Assembly (NCBI GenBank): GCA_903866605.1
Contig: CAIPOF010000055.1
Coordinates: 1-53,775, forward strand
Reading direction: 5' to 3'
From: an uncultured bacterium
Lineage (GTDB): Bacteria; Patescibacteriota; Saccharimonadia; Saccharimonadales; Saccharimonadaceae
DNA length: 53,775 nucleotides
Shown: piece by piece, positions 45,546-53,775 of the stretch
How positions within the stretch are numbered: position 1 is the first letter of the stretch
Layout: the number at the start of each line of letters is the position of its first letter
Translations under genes and position numbers: made by a program
The notes under the pieces: model-generated
What the model was told of the DNA's origin: nothing
Database searches by the model: none
What the model saw: only the letters and a program-made list of their open reading frames with translations

Positions 45546-46064
45546 GTGAAATTTAATGGTTCAGTCCCAAAAAAAATGAATAGTTCCAATCGTTCGGATG
45601 GTTTTGCTTTACCGACCATATTAATAGCATCGATAATAATGCTATCAGTGCTGTTAGTGTCAGTCGCATCGACAGTAGCGATTAGGGTATCTTTATCAGC
45701 TCAATATTATGACCAAATGGCCAAAACTGCTGGTGATGCTGGCTTGGCTTATGCCAAGGCATGTCTAGATGCAAATAGCGGTATCCCTTTGTGGACTGAC
45801 GCTAATCCATTGACTCCTAGCACAGATTGTTCGGGTATTCAGTTATCCGGTTTTACGTGTTCTACTGGGGCAATAGATTCTAAGTGTTTTGTTACGATTA
45901 ATGATAATGTAGTTTCAACATTCTCAGTTGGCAAACCAGCTGTAAATAGCGGTAATAAGGCAACCGAAGTAAATTCGGTTGGTTCGACTAAATTATTAAC
46001 TTCGTCGTCTAGAACTGTCTGGCGTACATACAGCCAATCCAGTCGATTAACTATTCCTCTTTAA
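45546..46064 (+). CDS. Pseudopilin/PilX-like protein
   Basis: GTG start after GGGG. The N-terminal SDGFALPTILIASIIMLSVLLV resembles a prepilin-type hydrophobic helix but lacks Glu5. Confidence 0.5.
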   Translation: MKFNGSVPKKMNSSNRSDGFALPTILIASIIMLSVLLVSVASTVAIRVSLSAQYYDQMAKTAGDAGLAYAKACLDANSGIPLWTDANPLTPSTDCSGIQLSGFTCSTGAIDSKCFVTINDNVVSTFSVGKPAVNSGNKATEVNSVGSTKLLTSSSRTVWRTYSQSSRLTIPL

Positions 46065-46269
46065 TTAGTTGAGCATCATTGGAACCGTGGCGTAAGAAGC
46101 GTTTATTGCTGTTTTTAACTTTAATGCGAACAAAAAGTAAAAGTTTCATACAGATTCAAATTTGCTTATCTGTTAGGTGTCGGTTGCAAGTAATGCCAAT
46201 TGATTGAAGTTACAAACTCAATTTATCTTTTGACATTAGTTGCTAAGACCATGGCTAACAAATATAACA

Positions 46270-46295
46270 AATGATGCTGGTGTTATCGCATCATT
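46270..46295 (-). terminator. Hairpin terminator downstream of dus
   Basis: AATGATGC (46270-46277) pairs with GCATCATT (46288-46295). On the minus strand it is followed by the U-rich UGUUAUAUUUGUU. Confidence 0.5.
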
Positions 46296-46299
46296 AGAA

Positions 46300-47280
46300 T
46301 TATAAGTTGCGAAGTATTTCACGAACTTTAGACGTGTTTTTTGAGCTCATCATTTTTTCACGAAGCTCACTCGCACCTGGAAAATTACGGATATAAATCT
46401 TGAAAAAACGCTTCAAAGGATCAAATTTCGGTGTCATTAACTTTTGTATACCGTCATCATGCGTATGAGGTACGACTGAGTATCTATCGTATAAGTCTAG
46501 GTGTAAATTCAGTAGTCCAAGAAGCTCCTGGCGCGAATGTTCCTTAGCCTTTGTTTCGAATGCAAATGGATTAGTAAAAACACCACGTCCAATCATTACA
46601 CCTTCAATCCCGTATTCTTTTACTAATTCTAAACCATGCTGACGATTGATAATGTCACCATTGATTGTCAGTAAAGTATTTGGAGCGATCTCATCACGAA
46701 GTTTTTTAATTTTCGGGATAAGTTCAAAGTGAGCGCCGACTTTACTCATTTCTTTTCTAGTTCTTAGGTGTATTGTCAGATTTGCAATATCCTGTTTTAA
46801 CAAAAACTCTATCCAATTGTGCCATTCTGTAATCGATATATCGCCCAGACGAGTTTTGACGCTAATTGGTAACCCCCCACTTTTTGCGGCCTTTATCAGT
46901 TTACTAGCAATTTCTGGGGTTTGAATTAAAGCACTGCCGGACCCAGTTTTTAATACTGACTTATCTGGACAACCCATATTAATATCAATACCCGAAAACC
47001 CCATCCTTGCAAGCTCGACGCTCATCTTGGCAAATTCATCAGGTTTATTACCCCAAATTTGAGCTATAATTGGTTTTTCGTCATTATTAAAAATTAGTCG
47101 CCTATTGGCGTTTTGTCTGCCTTTTTCACTGCAAAAACTAGACGCATTTACAAACTCGGTAAAAAAAATATCGGGTTTGGCGGCAGATGCAATTACATGT
47201 CGAAAAACAACATCAGTCACTGACTCCATCGGCGCCAGTAAAAAAAAAGGTTTCGGTAAACTATTCCAAAAGTTCACCAT
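46300..47280 (-). CDS. dus: tRNA-dihydrouridine synthase
   Basis: LAPMESVTDVVFR, GIDINMGCP and TIHLRTRKEMSK motifs (TIM-barrel Dus family). Confidence 0.9.
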   Translation of the reverse strand: MVNFWNSLPKPFFLLAPMESVTDVVFRHVIASAAKPDIFFTEFVNASSFCSEKGRQNANRRLIFNNDEKPIIAQIWGNKPDEFAKMSVELARMGFSGIDINMGCPDKSVLKTGSGSALIQTPEIASKLIKAAKSGGLPISVKTRLGDISITEWHNWIEFLLKQDIANLTIHLRTRKEMSKVGAHFELIPKIKKLRDEIAPNTLLTINGDIINRQHGLELVKEYGIEGVMIGRGVFTNPFAFETKAKEHSRQELLGLLNLHLDLYDRYSVVPHTHDDGIQKLMTPKFDPLKRFFKIYIRNFPGASELREKMMSSKNTSKVREILRNL

Positions 47281-47281
47281 T

Positions 47282-50200
47282 TTATATTACGCCATCAATT
47301 AGATCTTGTTCAAATTTGAGTATGCCCTTGTATGTAGGTTCGTAGTTGGATATATCTGGCAGGTCTAACTTGATGATATGCAACCAAACGGCATTTATCA
47401 GTTTTGCAAAGTTGTTCAATTCGTTTGACTCAAGCTCAACATCAATTGAAATGACATCACCTGATAAGTTTGGTTCAACAAAACGAATTGTTGCAGATTT
47501 GATATCAAAATTATGATAATCTCGAGAATTTTCAATCATTAGTCTATAAAATAATAGTTGTTGTTTATATTTATGGAGTTTAATTTTTTCATATTCGGTT
47601 TTACCGGTCCATGTTCTAGCAGGTTTCCCAGTCTTGTAGTCGACAATCGACATAAGCTTATTCGTCATGTCGATGTCAGCCATATCAAGTTTGCCAGTCA
47701 AATGGGCCTCTCCAACAATAGAGTGTTGTAGCGCAAAGTTTAACTCTGTTTGTTGAGTTGGCTTGAAAGTGTCGTACCTTTTGTCAAAGAAAATCTGCAA
47801 AGCATCACTCCCCTTCTGCAAGAAATCGGAATAATCTGGGTCCTTCATATTTTGACTTTTCAAATTTTTTTCGAAATTTGAGACAATATCTTCAATAGCT
47901 TGTTTCTTCCCTGTCGAAGATAAATGGTTGTGGGCGTTTTGAAGAGTGTCATGAACTGCTGTACCGAATGCGGCATTTGGACTTTTCGCAGATGGGAAAT
48001 GTAACAAGTTCTGCAACAAAAATGTTGCTGGCCCACCACGAGACACATCCAAAAAATTATGCAAATGCGTTACGCTCAGTCGGTAGTTTTCTAATGTTGG
48101 TATTAATAAATTCCGCATCTTGTTAGAAGTCGGGCTAATCAATGGTTGGTACCAAGCCAGTTCCGTCGATTCGATCAATTGGTCAGAGTTTTTTGGCGCT
48201 AGTATCTGACTTGTTGGCCAGTTGGAATCAATCAAAAATGCAGCACGCAAAGTGTCTTTTCCGCTATCGTTGCTCAAACTATAACTAATATTTAGATTTC
48301 TCTTTGCCCTAGTAATTGCTACATAAAATAATCGCAGTCTTTCATCTTCGGTTTCGCCGGCTGGTGCAATTTGCAAATTTTCCGGATAGCTGATTAGGTG
48401 GCCTCGATTTCGTGCCCGCTCGCCCCAAACAGTATCGACAGCGTTCATAACATAAACCGTGCTAAACTCTAGGCCTTTCGATTTATGAGCTGTCATTATA
48501 TTTACAGTTTTGTCAGATTGTACGGCTCGACGAATGACGCTAATGGTACTGCCGATTTTTCGATTTAAAGCAATAAATTCAATAAATGTGAATAATGTCG
48601 GGGTTTGGTTCGGTCGGTATTCACGTAGTTTTGCGCGGATGGTTCGCAAGGACTCCAGGTATAACAAATAATCGTCTGCATTATTTTCCATTTTCTCGCC
48701 AGAAAAATAGTAATTATATATCGGACTAACAAATTCATTATTTTCATTTGCTGTAGGTAAATCCGTTTTACCGATAATGATGTCCAGCATATACTCCAGC
48801 GGAGTGCCATTTATCATTGAAGCGGCAAAGACTAACCAATTGTGAATCGGCGAAAACTCTGGTTTATCTGCCATAATGTCCAACCAATTTTTGTGGTTGT
48901 CGTAGGCTGTCTGACTAAGTTCCCAGAGCGTAATCGGCTGAATACCCCATGCCTTATGAGCTAAAACTTTTGGTAAATTTGCATTGACGTCGTCGTGGTG
49001 GCCGGATGCAATATCGATTAACAACTGGGATAGTTGCTCGATGAATTTGATTGGTGGAATGTCCAAAACATTGTCTCGCCTCTCATAATTTATTGGGATT
49101 TTAGCATGCAAAAAATATGGCAAAAGTGTCTGTATCTCGTAATGTCGTCTAGTTAATACTGCTATTTCGCCTGGTTTTTCGCCAGCACTGATTCGTTTTT
49201 TTATATCGTTAACTATAAAGTGGCGCTCATCTGCGATTGTTTCCGCTTCGAATAAAACAGTTTTGCCGTTTTGATTTCTAATATTTGCCGTAAGCTTTTT
49301 ATTAATATCGTTATAAATATTTTCTAATCTTTCTTTACCTTGAACGATTATTTCCCTGCTGCCCTTTAATATATCTGATGTCGAACGGTAATTTTCAGTT
49401 AATGTTATGTGTACTGACTTTGGGTAATTAGTTCGAAAATTGATAATATTGCTGATATTCGCACCCTGAAAACTGTAAATTGCCTGGTCATCATCACCAA
49501 CAACCATAATGTTTGGAGTTTCGCCCTGGATAGGATTATTCGTCAAATTATGTAAAATACGCATTTGTGCCATATTTGTATCCTGGAATTCATCAACCAT
49601 AATATATTGATATTTTTCTTGCAGATTAAACCTTAGGTCACCAAAGACTTCCATGGCATGAACAACGCGTAAAATCATGTCAGCATAGTCATAAAGAGCT
49701 GCTTTTTGCATGTTAGTCAGATATTTTTCATAGACAAAACAAAGAGCGCGCAGTTTTATCTGACGTTCGCGGGTTTTTAGGATAAAGTCACCTTTTTCAT
49801 TCTTTTTAAACCATTTGTTTTTCCAAGCCGTTATAGGCTTTGTTGAATTTATATTTTGAGATTCATCGACTGCTGATTCTAACGAATCAGCCAGGACTTG
49901 CGATAAAGGCGTGACCGAAGATAGAGTTGTTTGACTACTACTATGGCGGATTGCATCGATGTGTTTTTCAATCTGATCAGCTGTATTTTTGGAAATTCGG
50001 CTTGAAAGGATTGGCGCCAATAATTGTTCTGTTTTTTCGATAACAGCGTTATTTTCGTCCAAAATAGCTAGCAACTCGTCACTTGTCAAACCACTTTTTT
50101 TAAGTTCGGAAATAGCCGTCAAACTATCAGATAGGTGTGTGTATTCGTCATTCAATTTACTGGATAGAGGATTATCATATTTTAGTGTTTTGAATATTTT

Positions 50201-50572
50201 GCTGATAATTTCGTAACTGCTAAGTTCGTCGGCTGGCAAAAAATGTGCTCCCCCATAAAAAAACTGTCCGTTTTGATTTATTACCTCAACTCCAAAGCTA
50301 TGGAATGTATGAACTGCAACTTTATAGGCATCTTTGCCGATAATTTCGGTCAAACGTTGGCGCATCGCATTTGCACCGCTTTCAGTAAATGTCAAGCAGA
50401 GGATGTTCTCTGGTAGGGTGTCGGTTTTTTGTAATATATTTGCTGTTCGAACACTAATTAGTTCGGTTTTGCCAGTGCCAGGGCCAGCGATGACCATAAC
50501 TGGTCCATCAATAGCATCAACGGCTTGTTTTTGCGCCTGATTTAATTTTGCATACCTCTTCAAAAAATCCAT
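47282..50572 (-). CDS. UvrD/PcrA-type SF1 helicase fused to a C-terminal PD-(D/E)XK nuclease (AddA-like)
   Basis: GPVMVIAGPGTGKT Walker A, MVDEFQDTN, TAHKSKGLEF and FYVAITRAK motifs. C-terminal GKLDMADID...SIVDYKTGK and QLLFY nuclease motifs. Confidence 0.85.
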   Translation of the reverse strand: MDFLKRYAKLNQAQKQAVDAIDGPVMVIAGPGTGKTELISVRTANILQKTDTLPENILCLTFTESGANAMRQRLTEIIGKDAYKVAVHTFHSFGVEVINQNGQFFYGGAHFLPADELSSYEIISKIFKTLKYDNPLSSKLNDEYTHLSDSLTAISELKKSGLTSDELLAILDENNAVIEKTEQLLAPILSSRISKNTADQIEKHIDAIRHSSSQTTLSSVTPLSQVLADSLESAVDESQNINSTKPITAWKNKWFKKNEKGDFILKTRERQIKLRALCFVYEKYLTNMQKAALYDYADMILRVVHAMEVFGDLRFNLQEKYQYIMVDEFQDTNMAQMRILHNLTNNPIQGETPNIMVVGDDDQAIYSFQGANISNIINFRTNYPKSVHITLTENYRSTSDILKGSREIIVQGKERLENIYNDINKKLTANIRNQNGKTVLFEAETIADERHFIVNDIKKRISAGEKPGEIAVLTRRHYEIQTLLPYFLHAKIPINYERRDNVLDIPPIKFIEQLSQLLIDIASGHHDDVNANLPKVLAHKAWGIQPITLWELSQTAYDNHKNWLDIMADKPEFSPIHNWLVFAASMINGTPLEYMLDIIIGKTDLPTANENNEFVSPIYNYYFSGEKMENNADDYLLYLESLRTIRAKLREYRPNQTPTLFTFIEFIALNRKIGSTISVIRRAVQSDKTVNIMTAHKSKGLEFSTVYVMNAVDTVWGERARNRGHLISYPENLQIAPAGETEDERLRLFYVAITRAKRNLNISYSLSNDSGKDTLRAAFLIDSNWPTSQILAPKNSDQLIESTELAWYQPLISPTSNKMRNLLIPTLENYRLSVTHLHNFLDVSRGGPATFLLQNLLHFPSAKSPNAAFGTAVHDTLQNAHNHLSSTGKKQAIEDIVSNFEKNLKSQNMKDPDYSDFLQKGSDALQIFFDKRYDTFKPTQQTELNFALQHSIVGEAHLTGKLDMADIDMTNKLMSIVDYKTGKPARTWTGKTEYEKIKLHKYKQQLLFYRLMIENSRDYHNFDIKSATIRFVEPNLSGDVISIDVELESNELNNFAKLINAVWLHIIKLDLPDISNYEPTYKGILKFEQDLIDGVI

Positions 50573-50728
50573 TACTTACTATTGTAGTCGACTTTTTATT
50601 ACTAGTCGAGGTCTATTGCGCTGTTAGTGTTACAATAGAAATATATATGAGTCCCGTTAGAACTTATTACATGGTGAACCAATCAATCGCGAGACCTCTA
50701 GTATATATAGAAGGAGAGTTTTAACGGG

Positions 50729-51217
50729 ATGAGAGATAGAATGTATGACGAATTGGCATTAGAACGCTCAATCAAGCAGTATTTTGGTGTAGATATAGAC
50801 ATTAGCCATGTTATCGTTTTTAAAATACCAGTCAGTCGAACTGCCGTAGCGACACTTTTTTTAACAACCGAAAAACAACTATTAATGCATATATCCGGCC
50901 AATCAAAATTTTTATTTGGTGATGTTAAAAAACTAGTCTCTCGTATGGGGCTAAAAGCTGAACTATACTTCCCTCCCCAGGGTAGACCAGAATATTTCAA
51001 CGAAGTCGGAAACGCCAAGTTCCATGATGTTTTCCCTGGTAGAAAAAATATTATCGACGATGATATTATGTTTTATCGTCAACTTGCGCCTTATAACCCA
51101 GCACTCATACTAATTAGTGAAGTTAAAGATGGACATATATATCAATATGACAGTGATGCCATTAGTGATTGGCGCGTGGCAGCAAAATTTGCCTATCGAA
51201 GACTAAAAACCAGCTAA
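50729..51217 (+). CDS. Hypothetical protein
   Basis: 162-aa ORF with AAGGAG 12 nt upstream. Its amino-acid composition looks more protein-like than that of the antisense ORF 50698-51018. No family recognised. Confidence 0.45.
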   Translation: MRDRMYDELALERSIKQYFGVDIDISHVIVFKIPVSRTAVATLFLTTEKQLLMHISGQSKFLFGDVKKLVSRMGLKAELYFPPQGRPEYFNEVGNAKFHDVFPGRKNIIDDDIMFYRQLAPYNPALILISEVKDGHIYQYDSDAISDWRVAAKFAYRRLKTS

Positions 51218-53685
51218 TTATAAGGGCCGCCGACACCTGTTACGCACCTGACGTATTTAACCTCTGTTTTTGCACTTACTCCCCATTTTACCGGTTCATT
51301 AAGCGTTCTATTCACTGCCTGTGTGCCATTATTAGGATTTTGAGCAGCAGACCTGTAAGCATCAGTCGATTTAAAGTTATTCCCGTATGCACCAGAGCTA
51401 CTCAATATAGCTGATAATTCTGAAGACCATGGCAACCGTCCTCCAACAGCTTTGCACTCCTGTTGAGCTGGGTAGCTCCCCCAGGTTAAGGAGCTACCGG
51501 CCGCTCCAAAAGGATTAACAAGAGTCCAATAATTATTATTTAAATTGTCAATACCCGTCTGTGCGTGGTCATTATTCGTATCAGTAGTATCAGATGTTTT
51601 GAATTGGTATTTTGACGAAAGGTCAGTTTTTTTAACGCATTGACCCTCTAATTGAGTTCCAGCAACTCCTGGATACCAAGTGCTATTAGTAAAGTTGACA
51701 GTATATGAACGGTCCGAAGTAATATTAGTATCAGTTCTTGATGTGGTTGTGGAACCATCGCTCCAAGAGACACCATCATAACACATGCCAGCTGTGGCAG
51801 ATACTGCGGTGCCAGAGCCACCAGAAATAACAGATTGCCAAGTTGAACCTGATAATGAACCTTTGCCAGTCCCTATTGAATATGTCAAAGTATAATATGG
51901 ATACGATCTGGTATAACTATCTGATCCGTACCCACTCCAATCACTAACACCACCCGTAGTAGCGTTATAGCATTGGTCTGAGACATAAAGAGTATAAGCC
52001 CCTGGAGTTGAAGTCGTAAAATCAGCTGAAGTTGAAGTAACTGGTCCAGTCCAATAACCTGCATAATCAAAATAATATTGGTATTGCATCGAAGAGCCAG
52101 ACGGACAGCTTGAATTTGCGTACCAAGCCCATCTAGTCGTATAGCCACTTGGTTGTTCGGCTACATATACTGTTGGTGGTGATTGCTGGGGGATGGCAGT
52201 TAGAGCACAATTAGCCGTAAACGATTTATTAGTTGTTACATTAGTATCTGTTCTAGGGTTAGAGGTAGAGCCATCACTCCAGTTAACAAAATTGTAGAAG
52301 GCAGGAGGAACTGCCGTCACGGCCGTACCGGAACCACCGGAAGTCACAGTTTGAGGGTTATTGCCTAATATTGAGCCACCCGAGCATGGAAAATATGTAA
52401 GAGTGTATGTATTAGGTCTAGTATAACTAGCCCAACCTGATGCACTCCAATCACTAACACCACCAGTCGTAGAATTGTAACATTGGGCTTGGACATAAAC
52501 TGTATAAGTCAAACCTTTAGTCGAAGTCGTATAGTCTACCGTAGTAGCCGTAACTGGACTAGTCCAAGCAGGATCAAAACCAGTGTAATTAATTTTATAT
52601 TGGTATCTAAGTGAAGAGCCAGATTGACAAGTGGCAGTTGTGCTCCATCGCCATCTAGTTGTAGTAGATGTTGGTTGTGAGTCGACTACGACGGTTGGTG
52701 CTGGCGATGGTACAGGTATAGCAATAGTTGGTCTATAATAACTATCGGTTCCTGAACCGCTCCAACTGCTAGATATAGCCGCGTTATAACATTGAGCTTG
52801 AACATCCACAGTGTAGGTATGTCCTATGGTTGAAGTTGTGAATGATACAGAGCTAGCACTTTGTGTGTTCCATTCAGGCGTTAGCACAACTACCGAATCT
52901 ATCAAATAACGATACTGGTATTTTACAGAATTAGTACCGCATGAAACAACTGGCCATGACCAGGTTGTAGTGGCGCCAACAGTGTTTGCTGATACGTTTG
53001 GAGCGGCTGGTGGGGATATTGGGGTCGCCACAAAATTGGCTGTCACAGATATATCAGCCGTTACATTAACATCGGTTCTGGGATTTGCCGTTGAGCCATC
53101 ACTCCAGTTAGTAAAATCGTAGTAGGTTGCAGATGATGCTGTAACAGCTGTACCGCTAGCATTAGGTAGAACCGTTTGTGCGGTGGAACTATTGCCATCA
53201 ATTGTACCGTGAGGGCCGGCAGTATAGGTCAAAGTATATGATGAAGCGATTTTGACTCGTCGGCTACTGATTGTCTTTGTTATACCAGTGCCTTCTTCTA
53301 AATACTGAAGCTTATAATCAGAACCGTTACCTATACATGCAAATTGATCAGATGATAATGTCTGTCCGGCTGTACCAACTTCAAATGTTGATCCACTTGG
53401 CGTAGTCAAGGCATTTGGGTCTAGTCCTTTTAGGGTAGACGTTGCAGTAGTCGTACTGGTCAATACGGTACAGTTTGGGTATGCCCCATTTTGATCATAA
53501 TACTTTTCTAATGCTTCAGATACAACAGTTATTTTTGACATTCTTTGACTATTCCGAGAACTTGATTGAACTTTAGCATATGAGGCAATACCAATAGTTG
53601 CCAGTATGCCAATAATTGCGATTACAACTAATAGTTCTATCAAGGTATATCCCTTATTAGCTTTTCTTATCCTCTTTATAGTCAT
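51214..53685 (-). CDS. Giant modular type IV pilin-like protein with DUF1566/Lcl-C-like C-terminal domain
   Basis: Prepilin motif KG/YTLIELLVVIAIIGILATI. Three Listeria-Bacteroides-type B repeats (YTLTY...NWSDGST..RTD.N.T) and three FN3-like modules (..RW.W....C.....QY.Y......QCYN). The C-terminus is ECKAVGGRLP...YVRCV. Confidence 0.8.
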   Translation of the reverse strand: MTIKRIRKANKGYTLIELLVVIAIIGILATIGIASYAKVQSSSRNSQRMSKITVVSEALEKYYDQNGAYPNCTVLTSTTTATSTLKGLDPNALTTPSGSTFEVGTAGQTLSSDQFACIGNGSDYKLQYLEEGTGITKTISSRRVKIASSYTLTYTAGPHGTIDGNSSTAQTVLPNASGTAVTASSATYYDFTNWSDGSTANPRTDVNVTADISVTANFVATPISPPAAPNVSANTVGATTTWSWPVVSCGTNSVKYQYRYLIDSVVVLTPEWNTQSASSVSFTTSTIGHTYTVDVQAQCYNAAISSSWSGSGTDSYYRPTIAIPVPSPAPTVVVDSQPTSTTTRWRWSTTATCQSGSSLRYQYKINYTGFDPAWTSPVTATTVDYTTSTKGLTYTVYVQAQCYNSTTGGVSDWSASGWASYTRPNTYTLTYFPCSGGSILGNNPQTVTSGGSGTAVTAVPPAFYNFVNWSDGSTSNPRTDTNVTTNKSFTANCALTAIPQQSPPTVYVAEQPSGYTTRWAWYANSSCPSGSSMQYQYYFDYAGYWTGPVTSTSADFTTSTPGAYTLYVSDQCYNATTGGVSDWSGYGSDSYTRSYPYYTLTYSIGTGKGSLSGSTWQSVISGGSGTAVSATAGMCYDGVSWSDGSTTTSRTDTNITSDRSYTVNFTNSTWYPGVAGTQLEGQCVKKTDLSSKYQFKTSDTTDTNNDHAQTGIDNLNNNYWTLVNPFGAAGSSLTWGSYPAQQECKAVGGRLPWSSELSAILSSSGAYGNNFKSTDAYRSAAQNPNNGTQAVNRTLNEPVKWGVSAKTEVKYVRCVTGVGGPYN

Positions 53686-53728
53686 AATCCCCTAGGCCTC
53701 TAACTCTTGATTAATGTTTTATGTCTAT

Positions 53729-53775
53729 TTATGGTGTTGCTGGTGCAGCAGATGGAGTAGGTGTAGCAGGTGGAG
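53729..53775 (-). CDS. Possible 3' end of a gene continuing beyond the window (Pro/Thr/Ala-rich tail)
   Basis: The minus-strand frame reads ...PPATPTPSAAPATP then TAA (53729-53731). Only 15 codons are visible. Confidence 0.25.
   Translation of the reverse strand, partial: PPATPTPSAAPATP

Noticed and set aside
1-53775. Alternative genetic code (UGA recoding, as in some CPR lineages).
   Set aside because: Conserved genes (topA, der, gltX, mraY, murG and others) are full length under the standard code. The only suspicious in-frame stop is a single TAA at 19443.
1-53775. CRISPR arrays, transposases, integrases, prophage or defence-system genes.
   Set aside because: I found no regularly spaced direct repeats and no ORF with recognisable transposase, integrase, Cas, restriction or toxin motifs.

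Overview
AT-rich, very gene-dense bacterial window with short or overlapping gene junctions. The gene content suggests a reduced-genome CPR/Patescibacteria organism, possibly Saccharibacteria-like; this is inference only. Full-length conserved genes translate under the standard code. Content: (1) a truncated division/cell-wall (dcw) cluster, mraZ-rsmH-ftsL-ftsI-mraY-ftsW-murG-ftsQ, with no mur ligase genes and no ftsA/ftsZ. (2) Housekeeping genes: Pif1-like helicase (5' truncated), yvcK-like, topA, dprA, pth, der, pseudouridine synthase, gltX, xthA, smpB, an ABC-F ATPase, dus and a UvrD-type helicase fused to a PD-(D/E)XK nuclease. (3) Two histidine kinase/response regulator pairs whose regulators lack DNA-binding output domains. 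(4) Envelope and surface genes: DUF3048, a PEGA-domain protein, a sortase, a GT4 glycosyltransferase, three type IV pilin-like genes and a T4SS-pilin/CHAP fusion, plus an orphan TraD/VirD4-like ATPase. (5) tRNA-Glu(CUC) and tRNA-Leu(CAA). I saw no rRNA, CRISPR array, transposase or integrase. Most notable observations: two convergent candidate structured RNAs in the 529-bp dprA-pth spacer. One of them shares a hairpin motif, with compensatory base changes, with a second locus beside smpB. An in-frame TAA splits the conserved C-terminal domain of a pilin gene. A modular 823-aa pilin carries the same adhesin-like end domain. A GC-rich hexapeptide-repeat gene looks horizontally acquired. A 680-bp non-coding gap between convergent genes contains phased TGTTCTA repeats. 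Nothing here was checked against a database; all family calls rest on motifs read from the translations.
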